This document shows, piece after piece, positions 1 to 7,380 of a stretch of 25,767 bases of DNA. The DNA comes from Bdellovibrionia bacterium (GTDB taxonomy: Bacteria; Bdellovibrionota; UBA1018). The notes below the pieces were generated by a model. That model was not told the DNA's origin, did no database searches, and was given only the letters and a program-made list of their open reading frames with translations. How positions within the stretch are numbered: the first letter of the stretch is position 1; each line of letters begins with the position of its first letter. Made by a program: the position numbers and the translations under genes. The stretch lies in the NCBI GenBank assembly GCA_049424145.1, contig JBMSSC010000026.1, positions 1 through 25,767 of the forward strand. The letters run 5' to 3'.

Positions 1-294
1 TATCGCCCCTGGTTTCTTAACATTTGAGAGGCGACATCTTTCTTGACACACGGGGAAACCGGCTGGTCGGGTCGCATTAGCATCACTCAAAGTGGACTTC
101 GGAACTCCTAGCGCCAGCTCTACCTCTCGCAAAGATTCTAGCCTCAGCAAGTAGGTCATCACCAAAGTCCATACCTGTTGTGAGGTAGAAAAGGAACGTA
201 CTCCTTTGTCGATCTCCCACTTTTTGCAAAGCTCACTGAACTCAGATCTAGGAATGAGTTGAAAGAGATCAAATTTCTTGCCATGGTCGTACAT
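1..294 (-). CDS. IS4-family transposase, N-terminal DUF4372-like part (partial, not in ORF track)
   Basis: Manual translation: MYDHGKKFDLFQLIPRSEFSELCKKWEIDKGVRSFSTSQQVWTLVMTYLLRLESLREVELALGVPKSTLSDANATRPAGF..., open to the edge. The LIPRxEF, DKxVRSFS, ESLRE and KSTLSDANxxRP motifs are typical of IS4 transposase N-termini. GGAG lies upstream. Confidence 0.85.
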   Translation of the reverse strand, partial: MYDHGKKFDLFQLIPRSEFSELCKKWEIDKGVRSFSTSQQVWTLVMTYLLRLESLREVELALGVPKSTLSDANATRPAGFPVCQERCRLSNVKKPGAI

Positions 295-295
295 C

Positions 296-371
296 AAGGT
301 TGCATTCTCCAGGTTCTGTTATTGAATTTAGGCAAATCTTCAATACACCCGACCAGGAGGAATGCAACCTT
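296..371 (-). promoter_or_regulatory. Leader hairpin occluding the transposase ribosome-binding site
   Basis: AAGGTTGCATTC (296-307) pairs with GAATGCAACCTT (360-371). Inner TATTGAA (320-326) pairs with TTCAATA (339-345). One arm covers the GGAG and spacer before the ATG. Confidence 0.65.
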
Positions 372-406
372 TTGATTTTATTTAGCTATTTGCCGGACAG
401 CCCTGA

Positions 407-535
407 TTAGAGGCAATGAAGGCGCAAAGTTCAACCGTGGGTTGCCCCTTTATTTTTACGTTGCTTCATGCTGGAGCCAGAGGGGAAAAGGTCCGGTTAC
501 TCAAATGGGAGCGCATTGACTTTGAGACTGGCTAG
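407..535 (+). pseudogene. Tyrosine recombinase/integrase remnant (box I region)
   Basis: Frame 407-535 reads LEAMKAQSSTVGCPFIFTLLHAGARGEKVRLLKWERIDFETG*, resembling the L..TG.R.GE...LKWxDID motif. It has a premature TAG and its 5' side abuts the IS4 end. Confidence 0.7.
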
Positions 536-758
536 ATATACACAGGGCGGTATCCGAACTGGAGAAACAATTTTAATTGACCTCTACTAGTTTGCAGATT
601 CGGAAAAAAATTGAAGTCAGTCAAAAAAATAGATGAGCTAATTTAATAATTTCAGCTAAAATTATGTATTTTAAATAAAATGAAAATTAAGTTTCTAATA
701 ATAATTACAATTTGACTCGTGATCGCGGTTTTTATAGATCCTTACGGAAGTCTTAAGT

Positions 759-775
759 CTGGCCTATATTCTGCA
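759..775 (+). promoter_or_regulatory. Candidate sigma-54 (-24/-12) promoter for the kinase-like gene
   Basis: CTGGCCTATATTCTGCA: GG(761-762)-N10-GC(773-774), about 27 nt before ATG 801, with an AT-rich upstream region. Confidence 0.55.
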
Positions 776-800
776 TTTGTTCAATGGCATGAGAATCTCT

Positions 801-2378
801 ATGAAAAAATTATTAAATAAAAATAGATTAACTTCTAACTGGAAAGTTTATTTTTGCTTAATTTTTTCTATTAATTACTTGCTGGTTCCATCAGTAGGTC
901 TTAGTTCTCCCGTGCTTCAGAATCTCATTGAAAGTGCCATGATCCGGGAGTTTATGATCGAACGACAAGACGTATCTCAAATTAAGGATTCTAAAAGCCA
1001 AGAAAACTTTATTAAGTATCTATTTAATAAAGCAACTGCAGAGTTAGGTCATCCAGAGTTAAGTCATTCTGAAAAGGATGAAATTTTTGGTGAAATCAGA
1101 GGGATTTTATTTAATCCCATGAATCATCTGGGTGGTGAGGATGAGTTACTTGCGCTTTCACTGGAAGAACAACAAACACTGATGGAGAAATTGTCCAAGT
1201 TATCGACCAAAGAACAAGATTTAGCCAAGATTTTCCTCCAAATGAAGGACGTGAATTTGATTCGGGTGACTGATCCCATTGATCCGAGGTTGAGCGAAAA
1301 GAGAAGATTCTTCAAGGGTGTCGCTGAACAGTGCGAATTAGCTCGGTCAAAAGCAGGAGTGGGAGGCGAATTGTTGCAATTGAATAAAGTTGTTCACCAG
1401 GTCAACTCCCAGCTTACAGAGATTGCCTTAACCCCGCTTGACAGCAGAATGATTGAAATCGACGGAGGCGATTCACTCGATTTAAGTAAGCAATTAGATC
1501 GAGAGGCATTCGCTCGTCTTGAAACGAGCTATCGGGCGAATCATTTACTTCAAGAGTTAGTTTGGCTTTACGAGCGCTCTGGAAAAAGTGATCAAGCGTC
1601 TGCTGAGAAAGCTCACTTACATCGTTTGCTCAAGGAGGCGCCCGTTCGTTCAAAGAGTCGCGTAGGCATTCAAGGTGGAGTTAACGAACCAGAAATTTTA
1701 GAGTTAGAAGGTGGAGTAAAGGCAGTTTTTAAGTCCGGTGTTCTCGAGAGGGGAAGAGATAATGAAATTGCAGCTTATGTGATTGATCAACTTTTCTCCT
1801 TCAACCTGGTTCCAATGACTGTTGAAAGGGAAATCGAGGGCAAACTGGGATCCCTTCAATACTTTGTTCGGGACACAAGTACTGTACACTCCAATGGAGT
1901 TCGAACGGTTGATCTTTTTCCTTGGATTCATTTTGTAAAACGTTCAGATTATCCAGCAGCGCTCGGTGGTATGGAAGGATTGAACGAGCGATATCGAAGA
2001 CTTTTAGGTGAAGCGCCCAGTTCTTTGCTGCTTTTCGATTTTCTTGCCCAAGTTGGAGACCGATGGCCTGAGAGGAAAAACTTTATGTTCCGAATGAACG
2101 GTCAACCAGTAGCAATTGATCATGAAGGGCTATTTTGTAACTCCTTAGATGGTTTAGTTGATCGGGCGAAATCTGATCCTCGGAGTTTGTATCCTGGGAA
2201 TCGGATCTTCGGTCATTTACAGGACGTCTCAGATCAGTCCATTCGACAGGCTTTAGCGCCCTATGTTGCTTCCGAAAAAATTGAGGGACTAATTGGCAGG
2301 AGAGCTGATTTTTTGAAATGGATGAAGCATCAGCTCAAAGGTCAGGCCACGGAGCTGTCTCCGAAGGCTGAAAAATAA
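801..2378 (+). CDS. Secreted protein with C-terminal PI3/PI4-kinase-like (atypical kinase) domain
   Basis: Hydrophobic N-terminal signal-like segment. Motifs GGVN...AVFK, NEIAAYVID...VPMT...GSLQYFV, FDFL...DRW...N and AIDH. The ORF opens at 777; ATG 801 (or 789) is the more likely start. Confidence 0.75.
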   Translation: MKKLLNKNRLTSNWKVYFCLIFSINYLLVPSVGLSSPVLQNLIESAMIREFMIERQDVSQIKDSKSQENFIKYLFNKATAELGHPELSHSEKDEIFGEIRGILFNPMNHLGGEDELLALSLEEQQTLMEKLSKLSTKEQDLAKIFLQMKDVNLIRVTDPIDPRLSEKRRFFKGVAEQCELARSKAGVGGELLQLNKVVHQVNSQLTEIALTPLDSRMIEIDGGDSLDLSKQLDREAFARLETSYRANHLLQELVWLYERSGKSDQASAEKAHLHRLLKEAPVRSKSRVGIQGGVNEPEILELEGGVKAVFKSGVLERGRDNEIAAYVIDQLFSFNLVPMTVEREIEGKLGSLQYFVRDTSTVHSNGVRTVDLFPWIHFVKRSDYPAALGGMEGLNERYRRLLGEAPSSLLLFDFLAQVGDRWPERKNFMFRMNGQPVAIDHEGLFCNSLDGLVDRAKSDPRSLYPGNRIFGHLQDVSDQSIRQALAPYVASEKIEGLIGRRADFLKWMKHQLKGQATELSPKAEK

Positions 2379-2705
2379 CATAGCTTGGCTGGATTAAACC
2401 AGGGGTGGGTTTTTTTCTTAGTCAGCGCTTGCTCAGGGCTGAGGGCTACCTGGGTTTTTTGGGAGTCAGGGCCCCATCGAGATGTGAGGAGTTCAGCAAA
2501 TCGATGGGGCTAGTGTAGGGATGTCCGCGGAGGGTAATCGCTTTGAGGCCTTTGCCCGTCTTCTGCTTCTCTTTTGGTGACCTTCTGTTCCTTTTGGATG
2601 CGTAAATAGTTGATCCACGATCAAAAACTTTCGCCGACACAATAAAGTCGTTTCGTTAAAAAAACCTTGCAACTAGTCTGTAACTTAGATAAAAGTCTGG
2701 ACTTC

Positions 2706-2972
2706 ATGAATCTACCGGATCAACCCTTAGGAAGTTTTAGAGTCATTCTGGAGCTGAACGCTCCCAAGCCCAGGCTCGATCAAGTTTTATTGGAAAAGCT
2801 CCGGGAGCAGACGGAACATTTTGATTTAAAGCAGATTTCTCGATCCGAGTTTAAAGAGCTGTTTAAAAAGAAAAAAATCAGGATAAAAAAACAAATCGCT
2901 CATCCCTCCTCATCGCTTGCAGCAGGTGTCACTTACGTGGATATCTTAGGGTTTGGAAAAACCAGTCTTTAG
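2706..2972 (+). CDS. Small basic S4-like RNA-binding domain protein
   Basis: RLDQVL...ISRSEFKELFKKKKIRI...PSSSL resembles the S4 RLDxxL...SRS motif. ATG 2706 lies within ORF 2667-2972. Confidence 0.6.
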   Translation: MNLPDQPLGSFRVILELNAPKPRLDQVLLEKLREQTEHFDLKQISRSEFKELFKKKKIRIKKQIAHPSSSLAAGVTYVDILGFGKTSL

Positions 2973-3162
2973 GAATCCGTCTGTTGACCAGTTGAGTTTA
3001 GAACTCTTGGTGAAACAATCGAACTGGGTCTATTTTTTAGAGAAACGAGCGTTTTTATTCCCTGGTTTCTCTTCGGTCCTCTTGGTTTGTTCTTGAGTCG
3101 CCTCAGGCTCAAGAGGTATGATGAGGCCGGTTTTGGGGTGTTGGGTTCAAGCTCAAGCATCT

Positions 3163-3189
3163 CAGTCAAAACGCATGTCGTTTTGACTG
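3163..3189. repeat. Perfect 11-bp inverted repeat upstream of the M13 peptidase
   Basis: CAGTCAAAACG-catgt-CGTTTTGACTG. Confidence 0.7.
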
Positions 3190-3286
3190 GAATAGACTCA
3201 GTGTGGATCAGAGCAAACGGAGACGCTTGTGTCAAAAACTCGATGGGTGGGATTCGAAAAATCCTAAGTAAAAATCTGAGGAGAAC

Positions 3287-5386
3287 ATGCGAAAATTAAA
3301 TCAATTCAGGCCGCTTTGGAGTGGGGTGATCCGTTCCTCTTTTTTTTCGATCCTGGTTTTCTCCTCGTATCTTCACTCTAGCTGGGCTAGTCCAGCCAAA
3401 ATTAAGCCTTCATCTCCTCAGAGGAGCCACGGGGCTATGGATCCATCGGCCTTGAATCCGAAGATTGATCCTTGTCAGAATTTCTACCAGTATTCTTGCG
3501 GAGGGTGGATTGCTCGGACTGAGATTCCAGAGGATCGGGCTCAGTGGTCTCGGGGGTTTGCCGAGATTGATGAGCGAAACCTTCAGCTTTTAAAAGAAGT
3601 ACTCACGGGATCTGAAAAGCTCCAATCCACTTCTTCAAGCTCGATCAACCAGCCGGATTTGAAAAAGCTCAGGGATTTTTACTTCAGTTGCATGCAGGAG
3701 CAAAGTGCTGAGACGGAAGGTTTTGCCCTGCTGCAAAAGTGGATGAAGCGAATCGATGAGTGGAAGGATCGTGCCGCTCTTTTATCTTGGGTGGCGCAGT
3801 TGCACCAAATTGGAGTGGATTGCTTTTTCTCTTTTTATCCCGAACAGGATTTAAAAGATCCAAGTCAGATGATTGCCTCAGCCGATCAAGGGGGTTTGGG
3901 ACTTCCAGATCGACAGTATTACTTAAGCGCAGATCCTAAGAAAATTCAGATTCGAGAGGCCTATCAGGAGCATTTGGAAAAAATGTTTGTTCTGATCGGA
4001 GAAGAGGTTCGAGAGGCTAAAAAATCGGCTGCTCAGGTCTTTGAGTTTGAAAAAAAATTGGCTCAAGTGTCCATGGAGCGAGTGGATCGAAGAGATCCTG
4101 AGAAGATTTATCATCGCATTGAACTTGAAGGTTTGAAAAAAATCAGTCGTCAAATGAACTGGGATGACTACCTGAAGACGCTCGGTTTTCCAGGGATTCA
4201 GGCTATCAATGTGAAATCGATTGAGTTTTTCCAGGGTCTTAATCAGGCTTTAGGGGAGACTTCTGAATCGACCTTAAAGGCTTATATGAAATGGCAACTC
4301 CTTCATGCAGCCTCACCGGGCTTGGGTCAACGGCTTGTGGATCAGGAGTTTGATTTTTATGGTCGTACGCTCTCGGGGCAAAAAACTCTAGCCCCACGCT
4401 GGAAGCGCTGCGTTCAGGCAACGGGGAAGTACCTGGGGTTTGCTCTGGGGCGTTCTTTTGTGGATCTGACGTTTGGGGAAGAGGGAAAGAAACAAGCCAA
4501 GACCATGATTTTGGGAATTGAAGAGGCGTTTGGAAAGTCTCTTTCAACTCATCCTTGGATGGATCCACCCACTCGCGCTCAGGCTTTTGAGAAGCTTGCT
4601 GCGATTTTCAACCAGGTGGGTTACCCAGATCGTTGGAGGAACTACGACGCCTATGGGATTGATCCCAATTTGTACTTAAAAAATCGGTTTTCAGGAGAGG
4701 TTTTTAATCTCAACTACGAGCTCAATAAGATTGGTAAACCCGTAGATCGCTCCGAGTGGCAGATGATCCCTTCTATGGTGAACGCTTACTATGATCCTTC
4801 CATGAATGAGATGGTTTTTCCTGCGGGGATTTTACAGCCTCCGTTTTTTGACTCTCAGGCCCCCCTTCATGCCAACTATGCTGGCATTGGCATGGTGATG
4901 GCCCATGAGCTGACGCATGGCTTTGACGATGAGGGCCGAAAGTTTGATGCTCAAGGGCGCTTAAGAGACTGGTGGACGCCTGATGTATCTCGAAAGTTTG
5001 AGCAAGGAGCTCAGTGTGTGGTTCAGCAGTACGATGCCTTTGAGTTAGCCCCAGGACTTCATGTGAATGGCAAGCTTACGACCGGAGAGAACATTGCCGA
5101 TATGGGAGGGATTAAGACGGCTTACCGCGCCTGGCTCGATCAGCTGGCACGTCTCGGTCAAAAAGCCTCCCCACAGCAGAAGAAAGAGTTTTTCATTCAT
5201 TTTGCCCAGACGTGGTGTGCAAAGACGCGGCCTGAGATGGAGAGGATGAGACTCACGATTGATCCCCATTCACCCCCTCAGATGAGGGTCAATGGGCCCT
5301 TGAGTAATCTGCCTGAATTTTCTCAGGTTTTTGGTTGTAGGGCCAATACGCCCATGAATCCGCCTCAGCGATGCAGTCTTTGGTAG
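3287..5386 (+). CDS. M13-family (neprilysin/PepO-like) zinc metalloendopeptidase, exported
   Basis: DPCQNFYQYSCGGW, VNAYY, HELTHGFDD zinc motif, GENIAD and DPHSP motifs. N-terminal signal peptide and GAGGAG RBS. Confidence 0.95.
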   Translation: MRKLNQFRPLWSGVIRSSFFSILVFSSYLHSSWASPAKIKPSSPQRSHGAMDPSALNPKIDPCQNFYQYSCGGWIARTEIPEDRAQWSRGFAEIDERNLQLLKEVLTGSEKLQSTSSSSINQPDLKKLRDFYFSCMQEQSAETEGFALLQKWMKRIDEWKDRAALLSWVAQLHQIGVDCFFSFYPEQDLKDPSQMIASADQGGLGLPDRQYYLSADPKKIQIREAYQEHLEKMFVLIGEEVREAKKSAAQVFEFEKKLAQVSMERVDRRDPEKIYHRIELEGLKKISRQMNWDDYLKTLGFPGIQAINVKSIEFFQGLNQALGETSESTLKAYMKWQLLHAASPGLGQRLVDQEFDFYGRTLSGQKTLAPRWKRCVQATGKYLGFALGRSFVDLTFGEEGKKQAKTMILGIEEAFGKSLSTHPWMDPPTRAQAFEKLAAIFNQVGYPDRWRNYDAYGIDPNLYLKNRFSGEVFNLNYELNKIGKPVDRSEWQMIPSMVNAYYDPSMNEMVFPAGILQPPFFDSQAPLHANYAGIGMVMAHELTHGFDDEGRKFDAQGRLRDWWTPDVSRKFEQGAQCVVQQYDAFELAPGLHVNGKLTTGENIADMGGIKTAYRAWLDQLARLGQKASPQQKKEFFIHFAQTWCAKTRPEMERMRLTIDPHSPPQMRVNGPLSNLPEFSQVFGCRANTPMNPPQRCSLW

Positions 5387-5420
5387 ATCAGTCCAGTGGA
5401 GTTGTAGTGGGTTTTTTGAG

Positions 5421-6419
5421 ATGAACGCAGTAGGAATTCAAGCCAATCGGCCAGCTCTCGTTTTAGCCCCTATGGAGGGCGTGACTGATGCTCCCATGAG
5501 AGCTCTGCTCACTCAACGGGGAGGGTTTACTCTGTGCGTCTCAGAGTTTATTCGAATCAGTCAGTCTCTGCTACCTGCAAGAACCTACTTAGAGCATGTG
5601 CCCGAGTTGAAAACCGGGTGCCGCACTCAGGCTCAAGTTCCCGTTCAGATTCAGCTCTTAGGGGGGGATGAACAGCGGCTGGCTAAGAGCGCTGTTCAAG
5701 CAGTGCAGCTTGGGGCTCCCGCTATTGATCTCAATTTTGGATGCCCTGCACCGACAGTGAATCGTCACGATGGCGGTGCGTCGCTCCTAAGGAGTCCTGA
5801 GCGAATTGAGCGTATTGTTTCTGCAGTGAGGCAGGCCGTACCTGGGGAAATTCCGGTCTCAGCTAAGCTTAGGCTGGGCTGGGAGTTTCCTAATGAGATC
5901 TATCGAACCTCAGAGGCTGCCGTGAAGGGGGGCGCTTCGTGGCTCACCATTCATGCACGAACGAAGATGCAAGGGTATGCTCCTCCGGTGTTCTGGGATT
6001 TCATCGGTGAGGTGAGAAGGAACGTGGGCGTGCCGGTGGTGGCGAATGGGGATATTTGGAGTTTTGAGGATTTTTTACGGTGTCAGCAAAAAACTGGCTG
6101 CATTCACTTCATGCTCGGTCGAGGCGCTTTAGCCGACCCCTCTTTGCCGCTTCAGATTGCAACTCGGCTGGGGATTAAGGCTTTTCAGGAAGAAGACCAG
6201 CAAGTCTTTGGGGCTCAACCTGAGCACTGGCTCAAGCTCATCGAACAGTTTGCAGAGTTGAGCTTGCCCGTTTCTCAGGGACGACAATTCACCGCCAGAC
6301 GAGTGAAGCAATGGTTTGGTTTTGTGGGGGCTCGGCGGGCTTTTCCTTGGATTACGGATCTGAAGCGGGCGCAAGACTTGGATCAGATCTTTCATCTTCT
6401 TCAATCTCAGAGTTTCTAA
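5421..6419 (+). CDS. dusC: tRNA-dihydrouridine synthase, DusC-like
   Basis: LAPMEGVTD, IDLNFGCP, TIHART, VVANGDI and MLGRGAL motifs. The C-terminal RVKQW resembles the DusC subfamily; the subfamily call is less certain than the family. Confidence 0.88.
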   Translation: MNAVGIQANRPALVLAPMEGVTDAPMRALLTQRGGFTLCVSEFIRISQSLLPARTYLEHVPELKTGCRTQAQVPVQIQLLGGDEQRLAKSAVQAVQLGAPAIDLNFGCPAPTVNRHDGGASLLRSPERIERIVSAVRQAVPGEIPVSAKLRLGWEFPNEIYRTSEAAVKGGASWLTIHARTKMQGYAPPVFWDFIGEVRRNVGVPVVANGDIWSFEDFLRCQQKTGCIHFMLGRGALADPSLPLQIATRLGIKAFQEEDQQVFGAQPEHWLKLIEQFAELSLPVSQGRQFTARRVKQWFGFVGARRAFPWITDLKRAQDLDQIFHLLQSQSF

Positions 6420-6471
6420 AAAGCTTTCTGCTTGAGCCGATTTTCTTGATCGCTTCTTGGGTCTCATTTTC

Positions 6472-6488
6472 GTGGCACTAAACTTGTT
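6472..6488 (+). promoter_or_regulatory. Candidate sigma-54 promoter (variant -12 element)
   Basis: GTGGCACTAAACTTGTT: consensus TGGCAC with correct spacing, but TTGT instead of TTGC. About 80 nt upstream of ATG 6567. Confidence 0.4.
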
Positions 6489-6566
6489 ACTTGAAAAAAT
6501 CATCATGACATCTCTGACTCATCCAGTTGAAGTCATAAAAATGAACCTCAAGGAGAATTTAATCGT

Positions 6567-7184
6567 ATGAATAAAATTATAATGATCGGATTGGCGCTTC
6601 TGTCAACCCAAGGCGCGTTTGCTCAGAACTTAGGGGTGCTCTCGGACAATAAGAAGCCTGAAAAGCTTCTTCCCGCAACTGAGTTTGCTCAGTTTGTGGC
6701 TCAGCCTCATCATGAGCCCCTGGATTTACCTTCGGTACAGCCCGGATCAGCTCGGACTGAGTCCAATAGCTTAATGGGTCGCTCGGATCTTTGGGGCCTT
6801 TATGGATATGGGTATGGATACTATCCTTATTCCTACTATGGGTCGTATTATCCTTACTACTCCTACCCGTATTATGGCTACTCGAGCTATTATCCATATT
6901 ATGGATATGGAACCTATGGCTGGTGGTTAGATGGCGAGAGCACAGGTCGCCATGTGAACCTAAAAAATAATCGAGCCAATCTTTCAGGTTCTTCAGTAAA
7001 CCCCAATCTGGAAGCCGCTCGTGCTCCTGTGGTCTGCTTCGCTCAGGACTCCTCGGGAAACACCTTTGCTGAAGCCAGTGAAGCCCGAAATGTTCTGAAG
7101 ACTCAGCAGGCTGCAAACGAAGAGTGCTTGGCTTCGGGAGCAAGCTGCATTCAGAATCTGGGTTGTGCTTTAGCTCACGAGTAA
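6567..7184 (+). CDS. Secreted hypothetical protein with Tyr/Gly/Pro/Ser-rich block and 4-Cys C-terminal domain
   Basis: Signal peptide MNKIIMIGLALLSTQGAFA and AAGGAG RBS. Contains a 42-aa block with 22 Tyr. The C-terminal C...C...C...C domain loosely resembles DUF4189. Confidence 0.85.
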   Translation: MNKIIMIGLALLSTQGAFAQNLGVLSDNKKPEKLLPATEFAQFVAQPHHEPLDLPSVQPGSARTESNSLMGRSDLWGLYGYGYGYYPYSYYGSYYPYYSYPYYGYSSYYPYYGYGTYGWWLDGESTGRHVNLKNNRANLSGSSVNPNLEAARAPVVCFAQDSSGNTFAEASEARNVLKTQQAANEECLASGASCIQNLGCALAHE

Positions 7185-7214
7185 GAAAAGTACTCTGATT
7201 TTTAGAATCGAATG

Positions 7215-7261
7215 CTAAGCCTGGGTTCTTGATAAAGAATCTGGGCTTAGTTTCTTTTTTT
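7215..7261 (+). terminator. Rho-independent terminator
   Basis: CTAAGCCTGGGTTCTT-gata-AAGAATCTGGGCTTAG stem with G-U pairs, followed by TTTCTTTTTTT. Confidence 0.7.
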
Positions 7262-7380
7262 GAAATTACTATCAATTAAATAAATTGGATATTAAAAAAT
7301 GATCCAATGGAGTCAAAGTCGAGTTGAATTGTAGGTTTAAGTTTGATAGAGAATTTTTTTTTGGAACCTGCGATTTGACC

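Larger units (their letters stand above)
1..405 (-). mobile_element. IS4-family insertion sequence, left end (runs off or is interrupted at the window edge)
   Basis: The minus strand begins CAGGGCTGTCCGGCAAA at 405, resembling the CAnnGCTGTCC ends of IS4-family elements. It is followed by a leader hairpin and a transposase ORF starting at 294. Confidence 0.8.

Noticed and set aside
777..2378. HipA toxin-antitoxin or anti-phage kinase system
   Set aside because: No adjacent HTH antitoxin or defence partner, and the protein has an export-like N-terminus.
2470..2600. Possible c-di-GMP-I riboswitch (GGGCAAA on the minus strand)
   Set aside because: Lacks the GAAA tetraloop stem and the following GACGCAAAGC element, and no downstream gene lies on that strand.
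2446..3299. Short ORFs 2446-2640(-), 2969-3235(-) and 3087-3299(+)
   Set aside because: Non-ATG starts, no RBS or recognisable motifs, and they overlap likely regulatory DNA.
6801..6926. CRISPR array or DNA tandem repeat
   Set aside because: The repetition is at amino-acid level with varied codons, and there is no constant repeat-spacer structure.
6577..7275. 232-aa antisense ORF opposite the Tyr-rich gene
   Set aside because: Shadow frame of a low-complexity gene. The plus-strand gene has the RBS, signal peptide and terminator.
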